Origin: a bacterium
GTDB taxonomy: Bacteria > Fidelibacterota > Fidelibacteria > Fidelibacterales > Fidelibacteraceae
Assembly: GCA_963676395.1 (NCBI GenBank)
Contig: OY781066.1
Span: 640,001 to 704,000, forward strand
Direction of reading: 5' to 3'
DNA length: 64,000 nucleotides
Shown in pieces: positions 39,891 to 51,364 of the stretch. How positions within the stretch are numbered: position 1 is the stretch's first letter; each line of letters begins with the position of its first letter. The position numbers and the translations under genes are program-made. A model generated the notes under the pieces. The model searched no databases, was not told the DNA's origin, and was given only the letters and a program-made list of their open reading frames with translations.

Positions 39891-41312
39891 CTATTTTTTC
39901 CTATAAGACAATCCAAATTGCATAACACTGATGGATTGACTGCCGTTTGATGGTTTTTTATTAACATTCTCAAACGTAAAGTCAATATAACCGAAAGAAA
40001 ACAATTGTTCAAGGTTTATTATCGCCCTAATTCGCTTGAAATAATCCGTATTCCAATAAAACTTTGGGACTTCTTTTCCATATTCCAAATTAAAGTTTAA
40101 TTTAGTTTTTGAAGAAAGATACAATTCCACACCGCAAAACATATTCCATTCCATACCGCTTCTTGTGTCCGAAAAGGGGAAAACATATTCCACATAATCA
40201 TATGCAACCTTTCCCGCTTCTCCCCCGATCGATGCCTTTAGGATGAAAGAAGGATTATATTCCATGACTGCACCCGCGTGTGTATAACTTTCTTCGTTTT
40301 CCAAAACGAGCGCATTGGAAATAAGCGATTCACCCCAATCACTGAAGTGAAGATAATCAGCATACATTTTCAATGTAATCGGAGCATCATTCGGGTGCAC
40401 ATTGATGCTGCTAAAAAGCTGGACACCTTTTCTCTGCCAGAATCCTCGCTCTATAGTTTTTGAACTCCTGATCAAATTCGCTTTCGAGATCCGGCCCAAT
40501 CCAGTGGCGCGAAGAACTACTGAAAATGCTTTTTGACCACCGAGCCGCAAGTGAGCACCATAGTCTAATCCATTCCGGATTCTCCGTTTTTTTATGGTCG
40601 CTGAAGAGATTTCATTATAGAACGTATTATAACCCAAATATGTCTTAGTAACGACATCCGAATAACTTTTCACCGCTTCATAGTAGGTTTGATCATCATA
40701 ATAGCGACCATGTAAACCCATTTCAAACGATTTTTTTCGATAATCCAATCCCAACTTGTATTCACTGTTTCTCATAATAGTGATTGTTTTGGGGAAGGTG
40801 TCTTTCAAACCACGTTCCACCCCATAGCTACCCTCAACACCCAAAAATAAGTTATCGGACAACTTGTAATTATATAATATTTGTAGTTGGGGACCATAGT
40901 ATGTCGTATTACCAAGGGTTGAGTCTATCATGGAAAAGTAATCGTCATAGAAATCTTTTTCCATTGAAGCAAACATATTTTTCAGAATAAACTTATCATA
41001 GCTGATACTGGTTAAAAAGAAGGATTTATTATTTATCCGCCTCATGGTTGCATACTCCGCCTGGAAACGTTGAGTCGCACTTGGATCGTACATCCGCTTA
41101 TAGCTATTATTCGCAAATTGAGTTATCACCCTATAATACTCGGTGTTTTTCTCAAACTGCATTGTAGCAGGGTTAGCTGTAAAACTGTTCACACTTAAAG
41201 AATCTTTCAATTTAACCGTATTAACGGGCAATGCAAACTGGCTTTCAAACGCCATTGCAGAAGTAAGTCCTACTACAAACATTATTAGAATATATTTGGT
41301 CATTTTATTCAT
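39891..41312 (-). CDS. Outer-membrane beta-barrel protein (DUF6850-like)
   Basis: Signal peptide, NPA motif, amphipathic strands; positional paralog of 52480-53937; start moved to 41312. Confidence 0.7.
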   Translation of the reverse strand: MNKMTKYILIMFVVGLTSAMAFESQFALPVNTVKLKDSLSVNSFTANPATMQFEKNTEYYRVITQFANNSYKRMYDPSATQRFQAEYATMRRINNKSFFLTSISYDKFILKNMFASMEKDFYDDYFSMIDSTLGNTTYYGPQLQILYNYKLSDNLFLGVEGSYGVERGLKDTFPKTITIMRNSEYKLGLDYRKKSFEMGLHGRYYDDQTYYEAVKSYSDVVTKTYLGYNTFYNEISSATIKKRRIRNGLDYGAHLRLGGQKAFSVVLRATGLGRISKANLIRSSKTIERGFWQRKGVQLFSSINVHPNDAPITLKMYADYLHFSDWGESLISNALVLENEESYTHAGAVMEYNPSFILKASIGGEAGKVAYDYVEYVFPFSDTRSGMEWNMFCGVELYLSSKTKLNFNLEYGKEVPKFYWNTDYFKRIRAIINLEQLFSFGYIDFTFENVNKKPSNGSQSISVMQFGLSYRKK

Positions 41313-42426
41313 GTTGATATCCTGGTGTAGGTTTATTAATAACTTCAAAGTCAACCCTGGAATTATTAGTATCAAATCCCGGACGTATGCGCTCAACGGA
41401 TTGCCCACTGAACTTAACTAATCCCAAACCTCCAAATGAAGCATCGACCGAATAAGGGACTTCTTTGGTATGAGCCGGATTTCCTGATGTTTCGATACAA
41501 TCAATAACGGTACTGATATCAATCCCATCCGATTGATCATAATCCAAGCCATTGCAAAGGGCGTAACCATCACCTGTCATACCGGTCAGGAATCCAACCT
41601 TGCTTGATTGGGTTACCCTCCCATTATTTGTCGTAATATTTGGGACATTTGGATTATCATATGCACCGACTTCGATCATATTCAGAAATTCCCAATCAGC
41701 CTCTGAAAGATCAACCGTATGTCCATCCAAGGGGCCAATCAGATTATGATCGAACGCTTTTCCCGCCAATACGACAAAAGCACCGGGGTCAACAGGATAT
41801 TCCCGCCCCGTCACCGCCTGTCCCGGGAATTGATATATATAGGTTACATGAAGTGTATCGGCAAACAAGGGGGTTGTACCCAAACGCAAGAAAACCATTC
41901 CGTCCAGATATATTGTCTCGGTCAGGCCATTGTATAACTCAATATAGAGGTCATCCCAATAGCGCATTGATGCCTCGGGGCCTGCACTGTACACCTCGTT
42001 GATCTTCAAACCTCGCTTGGATTGAACCATGACAAGTGTATCGGTGTATAAGGTTTCATTGCCTAAAGAATCCGCAATTAGTTCCAATACCTTAGCACCA
42101 ACGACCTCAACCTGAGTGTAGGCATCAGCCCAAAAAATCGAATGAGCCTGAGCCTTATAATAGGCGTAAGGCAATTGATCAAAGGTAACAAAACCATTGG
42201 AATCCGTATCGGCAAAAATCGGAGGAATATTATAATCATCCGTCGTTAATTTAACTTGAAGATTTTCCATCGGTATTGTTACCGAGGAATCCTCATCCGA
42301 AGGAATGGTAAAACGCAGGCGAATAGACAAACTCCCATCAACAGCTGTTGGCTTGCTTTCAAAGAACATGCATGAAGAGATAAGAATTAATAGAAGTATT
42401 AAAAATATTGTATGTTTTTTTATCAT
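41305..42426 (-). CDS. Lipoprotein, DUF4876-like
   Basis: Lipobox ISSC; LKINEVYSAG, YIELYN, QFPG, ADWEF, DNPNVP, DTNNSRVDF..PTPG. Confidence 0.8.
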   Translation of the reverse strand: MIKKHTIFLILLLILISSCMFFESKPTAVDGSLSIRLRFTIPSDEDSSVTIPMENLQVKLTTDDYNIPPIFADTDSNGFVTFDQLPYAYYKAQAHSIFWADAYTQVEVVGAKVLELIADSLGNETLYTDTLVMVQSKRGLKINEVYSAGPEASMRYWDDLYIELYNGLTETIYLDGMVFLRLGTTPLFADTLHVTYIYQFPGQAVTGREYPVDPGAFVVLAGKAFDHNLIGPLDGHTVDLSEADWEFLNMIEVGAYDNPNVPNITTNNGRVTQSSKVGFLTGMTGDGYALCNGLDYDQSDGIDISTVIDCIETSGNPAHTKEVPYSVDASFGGLGLVKFSGQSVERIRPGFDTNNSRVDFEVINKPTPGYQHE

Positions 42427-42436
42427 TTAAATTCTC

Positions 42437-45133
42437 CTAAAGTTTAATACTCATTTCAAGTCCATAGTAAATCGGGGAGTTCAAATTAATCTCAAATCCA
42501 CTATAGGGGCTTACATAAGTAGCTCTATTATCAAAGAAATTGTTGATATACAATGAGACCTCAGCGTTGTTACTCAACGATTTGGAGATCCGCAAATTGA
42601 GCAACCACTGACCTGTATAGTTGTATTCCTCAGCATCATACCAATATGACATTCCCTGATAATTGATATAGGTTTCACCTTCGGGGTTCAACTCTTCATA
42701 ACCATTGCTTTGATATATGTTCTGCCGCTTATAGAACGGAGTATACTGAACATCCATAGTCACCCAAAGACCAAAACGCTGATTTAAATAACTAACCTGT
42801 CCATCCAGTATGAGTTTGCTTTGATAATAAATATATTTTGGATACCATAATTCCCATTCGGATGAAGTTGCCCGATAATCGGGATCATATATCAATCCAT
42901 CAGAACCAGACCGACTGAGTCTGTATGTGGCATTTAAGGCGAATTTAAGATCGCGGATCCGTTTGGTGCGCAGCGTTAACTCGGTACCGTAGTCCTCACT
43001 CCAACCGACATTCTCAGAAATTGAGTAGGAATAATCGGCATTGACCGTATCTGGGTTAACGTCATAACCATCGGGATAGGTTACGCTCTGAGGTCGATGA
43101 TCCGTCTTTGAATAATAACCCGTCAAGGAAGCGCCTAACACATCGGTGATACGCCAATCTAAAGAAGCTTCAGCTTTCCTCGATGCATAGGATTTAAGAT
43201 TTTCGTTGACCTGATAAAATACTTTCTCGGTAACCTGATTGGTGCTGGTATCCAAGTATGCAATATGTTTGGGTACTTTATATATCTGGGTTAGAGACAC
43301 AGATTTTATACTCTGCCCCACACCCATCCTTATATCAAGATCATCGCTCAATTGATATTTGATGTTAAAACGTGGGCTAAAAAAATCACCCTGCTTTGCA
43401 TCAAAAAGAGAAAGCCCATTATCAAAGGAAATCTGGAAACGCTCGGGATTGATAAGATCGTAACGCAAGCCAATCAAGATGTCCAAACGACGCTCGAACA
43501 GATCGAATGTAATCTGATCTTCGGCATACAGTGCGAATTTTAAATTTGCAGGATAACTATCAAAGCTGTATGAACGTTTTGTCGACGAATTACCGTAATA
43601 ATTGAAAATAGAGTCGATCCTAACACCCTCACCAGTATTATTTTCATAATCGGTTTCAAACCCGAATAACAATTTATTGTTTGTTCCCCCAATATTGACA
43701 TTGGATTTACGTTTTAGCTTAAAGGAAACATCCCATTCTTCTCCTTTTTGACTAATCGTTGCATTGTAAGGAAAAACAGCCAGAACGCTGTCGACATACA
43801 ATATAGAATCCGTTCCATCGACATAGACAGTATCCCGGATCGGTGTGATCGTACAATAACTCAAATCAATGTCACTTACATCTGTACCAAAAGGCAAAAA
43901 CAACTGATCGGTGACCATTTTCTGTTTGACCTCATCCTGATTCTTATAGTCCAAGCCGGCAAACAACTCATAACGGACATCATTATCTGTTCGATATTTA
44001 AGAGCCAACTTGCCGGACGCTCTATATCCGCGATTGGTATTCTGCATATGAAATTCATCATTAGGCTCTTCATCATCAAAAATCCGGGTGTAAGTCAAAC
44101 CTAGGCGGGATTTCAGTTTTTTATCAAAAAATGAGTGAGACAGATTTGCAGCCCCATATAAACGCTGATATTCATCGCCTATCTTTCTTAGATCACGTTC
44201 GCTATATGAATAATTGACATGATAATCAAAAACAGTATTATCATCTCCAAAGTTATAACCACCATTATAAGAAAAACCTTTGGTGTCCGGATTGATCTTG
44301 GCTTTAAAACGACGATTGACAGTGCTCTTTTTTGTCTCAACCTTGACAATACCATCGCTAAAGTTACCGTATTCCACAGATGCAATACCGGTAATCACCT
44401 CAACCGATTCGATATTATCGGCGGGAATACTGCGTAAGTCAACGCCGCTTTGGTCAGCAGATCCGCTAACATATCCGGACATTTTCATGTCGCCGGAGAT
44501 CTCATTTCCATCTACGACCACTGATGTTCCGAATGAATCGAAACCATATAAATTTGAATCTGATCGTCTCACTTTACGTAAACCGATGTTTTGCTGGCTT
44601 GCCAATCCCATTTGACCTGATTTTTCCACACCCGGCACCAGTGTTAGTACATCACCCAGGTTGGATGCCTGCAAGTGATCGATCTCACCTGAATCGATTT
44701 TTCTTGTAGTGGCGATCTCTTCGGGTAAAATATCACGACCCATTGATTCCACTTCAATACCACCGATCATAAAACAATAGGATAGATCATTTTTATCGGG
44801 ATTAGCGATCAGTTTAATCTTAACATGATACACACCATCATCCGTAATGGCAAAATCAAATAATGAATTCGCATAAAAACAATCCTTCATTCCCGCAATC
44901 TTGTAGATACCTTCCGGAATATCTTTTAGAATAAAATAACCATCACGGTCTGTCATTGATTGTGCGGAAAACTTTTCACCTTTTTGCGATTCAATAGCTA
45001 CAAGAGCTTCCTTTATGGGAGCATTTCCTTCGTAGTTTCGGACATAACCTCTAACTGTTGCTGCTTGAGAAATAGCTACAAGAAAAACAGAAAGGAGGCT
45101 GACTCCAATGATAAATCGTTGTGTTTTCTTCAT
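42437..45133 (-). CDS. TonB-dependent receptor
   Basis: Plug motifs HLQASNLGDVLTLVPGV and DLRSIPADNIESVEVITG; barrel; ends YYGLEMSIKL. Confidence 0.9.
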   Translation of the reverse strand: MKKTQRFIIGVSLLSVFLVAISQAATVRGYVRNYEGNAPIKEALVAIESQKGEKFSAQSMTDRDGYFILKDIPEGIYKIAGMKDCFYANSLFDFAITDDGVYHVKIKLIANPDKNDLSYCFMIGGIEVESMGRDILPEEIATTRKIDSGEIDHLQASNLGDVLTLVPGVEKSGQMGLASQQNIGLRKVRRSDSNLYGFDSFGTSVVVDGNEISGDMKMSGYVSGSADQSGVDLRSIPADNIESVEVITGIASVEYGNFSDGIVKVETKKSTVNRRFKAKINPDTKGFSYNGGYNFGDDNTVFDYHVNYSYSERDLRKIGDEYQRLYGAANLSHSFFDKKLKSRLGLTYTRIFDDEEPNDEFHMQNTNRGYRASGKLALKYRTDNDVRYELFAGLDYKNQDEVKQKMVTDQLFLPFGTDVSDIDLSYCTITPIRDTVYVDGTDSILYVDSVLAVFPYNATISQKGEEWDVSFKLKRKSNVNIGGTNNKLLFGFETDYENNTGEGVRIDSIFNYYGNSSTKRSYSFDSYPANLKFALYAEDQITFDLFERRLDILIGLRYDLINPERFQISFDNGLSLFDAKQGDFFSPRFNIKYQLSDDLDIRMGVGQSIKSVSLTQIYKVPKHIAYLDTSTNQVTEKVFYQVNENLKSYASRKAEASLDWRITDVLGASLTGYYSKTDHRPQSVTYPDGYDVNPDTVNADYSYSISENVGWSEDYGTELTLRTKRIRDLKFALNATYRLSRSGSDGLIYDPDYRATSSEWELWYPKYIYYQSKLILDGQVSYLNQRFGLWVTMDVQYTPFYKRQNIYQSNGYEELNPEGETYINYQGMSYWYDAEEYNYTGQWLLNLRISKSLSNNAEVSLYINNFFDNRATYVSPYSGFEINLNSPIYYGLEMSIKL

Positions 45134-45520
45134 ATTCACCTTAATTACTTCGTACAAAGTGTTAATTTAGGGGTAATATTTCATGAATAGCAATACATTT
45201 ATATACAAAAGTTCGGAGAATGAAACCGAGTGACAACTCCAGGATTTCAAAAATACCTGTGCTTTAGTGCACTAAAACTATCAACAAACCTACTAACCGG
45301 TGTTCCATGAATATCGGGAGCGATTACTAGCGAATCTATAATTCAGCAACTTTCAACCACCCTGCAGGTTTTCGCTTTCTGATAATTCACAATAATATCC
45401 CCAAATTCCCCGAACAAACAACCAATTTTTTTAATTCTTAATTGTTTTTCTTTTGCCTTTTGCCTTGTCTTCCCTATATTCTCCCCGCAAACAATAAGTA
45501 GTTAAAATCAGGAATGATGT

Positions 45521-46411
45521 ATGGAACATGTAATTGAATGTAAGAACCTGACGCATTATTATGGTGACAAATTGGTTCTTAACAACCTTAATCTTAAGGT
45601 TGAAAAAGGCAGGATTTTCGGCATTCTTGGCAAAAACGGTATGGGAAAAACAACAACCATCAATATTCTGATGGGTTTCCTGCGTCCCACCAGTGGACAA
45701 TGCCTTGTTCTCGGAGAAGAATCTCATAGGTTGTCTCCGGCAACACGCCAAAAGATCGGATTACTGCACGAGGGGCACCTAGCCTATGATTTTATGACCA
45801 TTAAACAGGTCGAGCATTTCTACTCACAATTTTTTCCCGGCTGGAAAAAAGAGTATTATTGGGATCTCATGAAAAAACTGGGACTCAAAGACAATCATAA
45901 GATCCGCAATATGAGCTGTGGTCAGCGCTCACAGGTGGTTCTTGGTTTAATCTTCGCACAAGACCCTGAGTTATTGATCCTTGATGATTATTCTATGGGA
46001 CTTGATCCCGGTTATCGCGCACTATTTATTGATTATTTACAAGATTATGTACGCGACCGGAATAAAACCGTCTTTTTAACTTCTCACATTATTCCCGATG
46101 TTGAGAAAGTCGTGGACGATACCATCGTGATGGGGTACCAGAAACTCTTACTCAAGATGCCTTTGGAAACACTCAAAAAAGACTTCCATCGCTTTGAATT
46201 CCATAATGCAAATGCAAAAAATGCAATCAAAGCCGATGAAGAAAACATTACAAATGTTGAAGTTTATCATGACAAAATCACATTATATTCCTTTAAATCC
46301 GAATCCGATGTAAAAAAACATCTCAAGACCCTGGGTATTACCGTTGATAAAATGACGGAAATTCCAATGAGCCTTGAAGAAGCTTTCATCGGCCTTACCG
46401 GCAAATATTGA
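45521..46411 (+). CDS. ABC transporter ATP-binding protein
   Basis: GKNGMGKTT, MSCGQ, LILDDYSMGLD, TSH. Confidence 0.93.
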   Translation: MEHVIECKNLTHYYGDKLVLNNLNLKVEKGRIFGILGKNGMGKTTTINILMGFLRPTSGQCLVLGEESHRLSPATRQKIGLLHEGHLAYDFMTIKQVEHFYSQFFPGWKKEYYWDLMKKLGLKDNHKIRNMSCGQRSQVVLGLIFAQDPELLILDDYSMGLDPGYRALFIDYLQDYVRDRNKTVFLTSHIIPDVEKVVDDTIVMGYQKLLLKMPLETLKKDFHRFEFHNANAKNAIKADEENITNVEVYHDKITLYSFKSESDVKKHLKTLGITVDKMTEIPMSLEEAFIGLTGKY

Positions 46412-46424
46412 TCAGAGGTGCCAT

Positions 46425-47096
46425 ATGTTAAAAGCTATTTTATATAAAGAATGGATCAAGCTTCGCTGGGCTGTACTCGTGATCGCAGGCTTAACCGTGA
46501 TCTCTTTAGCTTATTCAGCAAGCCAGATCAATTATTACGTCGAATTTCAGGGCGCTTTCCAAAACTGGATGTATGTGATCGGCAAAGATCTTTTACTTAG
46601 AAATATCGTATTCGTTAAAATCTTGCCCATAATCACCGGTCTCGCTTTTGCGTTATTACAATTCATGCCCGAAATGACCGGCAAACGTATGCGTTTGTCG
46701 TACCATCTTCCCATCGGAGAAAAAAAACTCTTGCTCTCATCAGTCGGTATTGGTTTTATGTTCCTGCTGCTTGAGATCATTTTTCTTTTCTTTGGTTTAT
46801 GGTTAATGGTTTCACTCACCTACCCCGCCGAAGTCATCAACAAGGTGCTTATGTCAACTCTTCCCTGGTTTTTGGGTGGTTCGGCAGTCTACTTTATGAC
46901 TGCTTTCATCATTCTTGAACCCTCATGGGTCTACCGTATTATCTACGGTGTGATGGCATACGGTTTGATCACGAAATATTACGAAGCAGGCACTTATGAT
47001 CAATATCAAACACTTTGGGCCTACATTCTTATTGTTGCGTCCATGCCTTTATTGGTTATGTTCGCTGGACATCGATTCAGACGCGGCAGCAAATAA
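46425..47096 (+). CDS. ABC transporter permease-like membrane protein
   Basis: YKEWIK start, six hydrophobic segments, QFMPE..HLP; ATG after GAGGTG. Confidence 0.75.
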   Translation: MLKAILYKEWIKLRWAVLVIAGLTVISLAYSASQINYYVEFQGAFQNWMYVIGKDLLLRNIVFVKILPIITGLAFALLQFMPEMTGKRMRLSYHLPIGEKKLLLSSVGIGFMFLLLEIIFLFFGLWLMVSLTYPAEVINKVLMSTLPWFLGGSAVYFMTAFIILEPSWVYRIIYGVMAYGLITKYYEAGTYDQYQTLWAYILIVASMPLLVMFAGHRFRRGSK

Positions 47097-47111
47097 GGAA
47101 AGGACAACACT

Positions 47112-48344
47112 ATGTTAAATAAAATTTCAAGATATACCATTATCCTACTTATCGTTGTAGTTTCCGCTCTGTATTTGCCGGATTTCTACTCTATGCTTTT
47201 TGACAAAAAAGTCAATGTACCACGCATGAACTATTCGGCGGTAATCAATGATTTTGTTTATACCGAATATTATGGTATGGGCAAGATCAAATACATGGAT
47301 ATCCAGGGCAAAGAATATAACGAAAGAGACTACTTTGCACTGCTACCTTTTATGTATTACGGCAATCTGGAAAAATGGGGTACGCTCCCGGAAAAACTTG
47401 AAGGTATAGAACTGAGTTCAAAGATTATCCGCAGAAATTCACAGATGGTCAAAATCGCGCCAAAAAACGTCAATCCCCCTTCGGTCCCTTTAAACATTAT
47501 GTTCGAAGCCGAACCGGATTATGCGCAACTTGTTATACCTGATGACATTTTCAGACTAAAGAATACCATTGAATTCATTGATCCCGTCACAAACAAAGTG
47601 CTTCAAGAAAAATCTAAGAAATTCCAGGATGCACTAATAGAAGCCGGCTTTGAATTCCCCGCAAAACTATCTGCGGCAAATCAAACAAATCGTAAACCTT
47701 TTGATGAAGGTTACTTTATCAAAGATGCCAAGGATAAAGTTTATCACCTGAAAATGGTCAAGGATGACCCTGTCGTTGTTTACACCGGAATTGATGGTAG
47801 TATTCCCATACGCCAGATCTTTATTTCAGAAAATTCCCGTAAAGAATTCTATGGCTGGTTACTTACCGAAGAAAACGATGTTTATCTCATCACTTATGAT
47901 AACTACACACTTAAGAAAATCCCGACAAAATCAGATAATGAAGGTCAGGATTACGATGCAAATAGCATGAATTTCCGTTTTTACATCTATCCGGTAAACA
48001 AACATATCCAGATCAGTGGCGACGGTTTTTCTCATATGATCATTTTGAATAACGATTATGAGAAAATCGCTGAACACACTATGGAATGGACACCCTACAA
48101 TAAACGTCCGGCGCCCATTGTAAAACAGTATATATTCCCCTTTGAGTTATCAACATACGACCCAATGAAATACATCAAACTTCAGATGGATTGTTTTTGG
48201 TGGCAAGGACTTGTCGGTGTAGCATTATCATTGCTTGCCCTTGTAATTTTCTCAAGAAAACGCCCCATCCTTGATTATGTGATCGTGCTTTTTACTGGTG
48301 TTTTTGGGCTAATCGGAGTATTACTGATCAAGCCGGAAGAATAA
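47112..48344 (+). CDS. Membrane protein, DUF4857-like
   Basis: N- and C-terminal TMs, LLPFMYY, RKPFDEGYF, YHLKMVK. Confidence 0.7.
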   Translation: MLNKISRYTIILLIVVVSALYLPDFYSMLFDKKVNVPRMNYSAVINDFVYTEYYGMGKIKYMDIQGKEYNERDYFALLPFMYYGNLEKWGTLPEKLEGIELSSKIIRRNSQMVKIAPKNVNPPSVPLNIMFEAEPDYAQLVIPDDIFRLKNTIEFIDPVTNKVLQEKSKKFQDALIEAGFEFPAKLSAANQTNRKPFDEGYFIKDAKDKVYHLKMVKDDPVVVYTGIDGSIPIRQIFISENSRKEFYGWLLTEENDVYLITYDNYTLKKIPTKSDNEGQDYDANSMNFRFYIYPVNKHIQISGDGFSHMIILNNDYEKIAEHTMEWTPYNKRPAPIVKQYIFPFELSTYDPMKYIKLQMDCFWWQGLVGVALSLLALVIFSRKRPILDYVIVLFTGVFGLIGVLLIKPEE

Positions 48345-48357
48345 ATTATAAACTTAC

Positions 48358-48428
48358 AGAGATGGAGCAATGCTCCGCCTCTATATAAAATATAAATATT
48401 GTAGAGCCGCAACAGTGTTGCGGCTCTA
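48358..48428. repeat. Two GTAG-type REP-like palindromes
   Basis: AGAGATGGAGCA-a-TGCTCCGCCTCT and GTAGAGCCGCAACA-g-TGTTGCGGCTCTA. Confidence 0.65.
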
Positions 48429-48461
48429 GTGTTTTTTACGCAAAATAAACTCTTTTAAGAG

Positions 48462-48499
48462 AACCGACTCGGTTCATCATAACCCCAACCGAGTCGGTT
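48462..48499. repeat. Two AACCGA(C/G)TCGGTT palindromes 25 bp apart
   Basis: Starts at 48462 and 48487; same motif and period as at 4629. Confidence 0.8.
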
Positions 48500-48671
48500 G
48501 CAAAAAAAACAGGTCAAATATTTTTACAATCTGCAATTAATTGCTGCTTAAGATTTGGGTTTTGTCTCTAGTATTTCATTATTTGTTACTCATCATTAAT
48601 TATTACCCAGTATAGTTTGATTTTCATGCAAATTTATGCTAATATTCAAACTAAACATTAATGAGGATGAT

Positions 48672-51362
48672 ATGATTAAAAAAGGACTGTTCCTTATAAG
48701 TATATGTGCTCTCTTGCTCTCTGCCGAGACGGTAACCTTTAATGGTTATGTATTAAATGAGGACAAAAAGCCAATGCCGGGAACAAATATTATTTTTAAA
48801 GAAACCCTTCAGGGTGTAGCGACAAATGCCGATGGTTATTTCACCATGAAAGTCCCTGTAGGTACCTATACCGTACGTATCAGCTTTATGGGATACAAAC
48901 CCATTGAAGAAAAGATCACTTTCGGTGCATCAAAAACACTTAAAAAAACCTTTACCATGATCCTTGAATATTTCGAGATCGGAGGTATTGTGGTGCAAGC
49001 TGACCGTGAACTCTTACCCACCGAAGCCGAAACAAAAACCCGTATCTCCAGCGGCGAGATCGAACATATGCAAGCATCGAACCTTTCTGACATCATGCAG
49101 TTGACACCCGGCGTGCGTTTTGAAAACCCGGGTATGTCCGAAAAAAAACAGGTTAATATTCGCGCCACAACAAGTACCTCTGATGATAATCATGCCGCCG
49201 AAAATGAATATTTCGGTGCACAAATCCGAGTCGATAATATTCCACTATCAAATAATGCAAACTTACAAATTGAAACAAAAGCGGTAGATAGTAACGGAAA
49301 ACCGCTCACAACTGAGAACTCAGGTCTTGACATGCGTCAGATCCCTGCAGATAATATTGAATCAGTTGAAGTCATTCGTGGTATTCCTTCATCAAAATAC
49401 GGAGATCTAACTTCCGGCATCATTGAGGTAAAAACTAAATCTGAGGTTTCTAACCATCGTATTAAATTCAAATATAATTTTTATAATCAGGAAGCCAATA
49501 TGGGAGGTGGCTTCAAGTTGAATGAGCAACATCATCTTGATTATAATATAAACTATGCCTATGCAGTCCGTGATGTACGCATTCCTGAAGAAAATTATTC
49601 ACGTATTGCAGGTCAATTGGCCCTTACCAGCAAACTCATGCAAAATCTCTATACCATGAAAAACCGTATATATTATACCCGGGCTTTTGATGAACGAAAA
49701 TTGAGGGAAGATGACCTTTACCTTAAAGAGTCTTATAATCGTGATTATACATTTCGCTTTGCTCACAACAGCACATATTTGCTCACAACAAAACAAAAAC
49801 TGGAGTTGGATGTATCGGCTAACTATACACGACAAAATTCATACAGAAAAAGATTAATATCCACAGACAATACTTACGTAACGGATCAAATGGAAGCGGG
49901 TACCGACACTGCTATGTATATTCAGAATTATATGTCTGAACTTTATGTACGCGGTGAAGCATACAATCTTTACTACAACCTAAACTATGCAGCAAATTTT
50001 GATTTTCTAAAAACAGAACACAACTTTCTTGCCGGTGCAACGTTCAGAGATGAATTTAATCTCGGCGAAGGTCGTATTTTTGATCCGCTTACCCCCCCCT
50101 CTGTTTCAGGTATCAAACGAACCCGTCCACGCAGCTATGATGATCTGCCTGCTTTAACCACCACTTCATTTTATGTCGAAGATAAGATCAAAGGTAAATT
50201 GCTCATTCCATTCCAATTGAATTTGGGGGCAAGGCTTGAGTCCTATGGTGACGACAAACTTTTAGCGAATAATTATGGCACCTTTTTAAATCCCAGGATT
50301 AACATGGTGCTGTATCCTACTAAAACCACTCAGATCAGATTTGGATACGGAGAAACTTCCAAAGCCCCGTCTATGGCAATGCTCCATCCCAATCCGATCT
50401 ATCTTGATGTGGACGACGTAAACAATATCGTCGATTCATTAGTTATTGTCTCCACATACATTTATCCAACGGATAACCCAAATTTAAAAGGATCACGACA
50501 GCGCAAATGGGAAGGCAGCATTGACCAGCGGATTGGTAATGTTGGATTAAGCCTTACAGCTTATCAAAGTAACATAAATGACGGTTTTGCTAAAAAAGGC
50601 ACTAAACTACCTATTTTTGTCTATAAGTACGATTATACAGTCTCCGAAACAGACCCACCCATTAGCGATTCGATTACAACCACCTACTCAATCTATGATA
50701 ATTCATTACGCACCATAACTCGAGGTCTTGAAGTCGAGATGCAAACTAAGCCAATAACTCCACTTAATCTGCGCTTGAGAATACAGGCAGCCTACAATTA
50801 CACCTATAGTTGGAATGATAATCAATATGATTACCGTGGTTTTATTTACGACCCCGCGATGGGGCAGGAAGTCAACCCTTTCTTCTCGATTGCAAACATT
50901 GAACGCGAAAAACTTTATATAAATTATAATCTGGAATTCAAGATCAAAGAACTGGGGGCATGGGCAACTATTTCTGCTCAACAGGTAGTTTTTGATAAAG
51001 ACAGATATATCGGCTTGGATGATTCTTTAGCTGTCGGATATTTGGATGCCCATGGTGAACAAGTATTTTTTTCTGAAGCGGAAAGAGCGGCAATAAATTC
51101 GTCGACTTATAAAAGTATAGCCGCGGATTACGACTATCTTGAAGAAAACAGAAAAAACATCTGGCTTTTCAATCTAAGGGTCAGTAAGTCTTTGGGGAAA
51201 GCATCAGAATTTTCTTTCTATGTCAACAACTTCTTTAATTATCGACCCCTGTATCGACGGGTACGGGTTCCAAATGAGTCATACACTTTGGAAAACCCCC
51301 CACTTTACTTTGGTATTGAGGTTTCCTCTAAGATTGACCAACTTTTCCAGAGAGGTAAATAA
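48672..51362 (+). CDS. TonB-dependent receptor (paralog of 42437-45133)
   Basis: HMQASNLSDIMQLTPGV, DMRQIPADNIESVEVIRGIPS, LYFGIEVS. Confidence 0.9.
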   Translation: MIKKGLFLISICALLLSAETVTFNGYVLNEDKKPMPGTNIIFKETLQGVATNADGYFTMKVPVGTYTVRISFMGYKPIEEKITFGASKTLKKTFTMILEYFEIGGIVVQADRELLPTEAETKTRISSGEIEHMQASNLSDIMQLTPGVRFENPGMSEKKQVNIRATTSTSDDNHAAENEYFGAQIRVDNIPLSNNANLQIETKAVDSNGKPLTTENSGLDMRQIPADNIESVEVIRGIPSSKYGDLTSGIIEVKTKSEVSNHRIKFKYNFYNQEANMGGGFKLNEQHHLDYNINYAYAVRDVRIPEENYSRIAGQLALTSKLMQNLYTMKNRIYYTRAFDERKLREDDLYLKESYNRDYTFRFAHNSTYLLTTKQKLELDVSANYTRQNSYRKRLISTDNTYVTDQMEAGTDTAMYIQNYMSELYVRGEAYNLYYNLNYAANFDFLKTEHNFLAGATFRDEFNLGEGRIFDPLTPPSVSGIKRTRPRSYDDLPALTTTSFYVEDKIKGKLLIPFQLNLGARLESYGDDKLLANNYGTFLNPRINMVLYPTKTTQIRFGYGETSKAPSMAMLHPNPIYLDVDDVNNIVDSLVIVSTYIYPTDNPNLKGSRQRKWEGSIDQRIGNVGLSLTAYQSNINDGFAKKGTKLPIFVYKYDYTVSETDPPISDSITTTYSIYDNSLRTITRGLEVEMQTKPITPLNLRLRIQAAYNYTYSWNDNQYDYRGFIYDPAMGQEVNPFFSIANIEREKLYINYNLEFKIKELGAWATISAQQVVFDKDRYIGLDDSLAVGYLDAHGEQVFFSEAERAAINSSTYKSIAADYDYLEENRKNIWLFNLRVSKSLGKASEFSFYVNNFFNYRPLYRRVRVPNESYTLENPPLYFGIEVSSKIDQLFQRGK

Positions 51363-51364
51363 AC

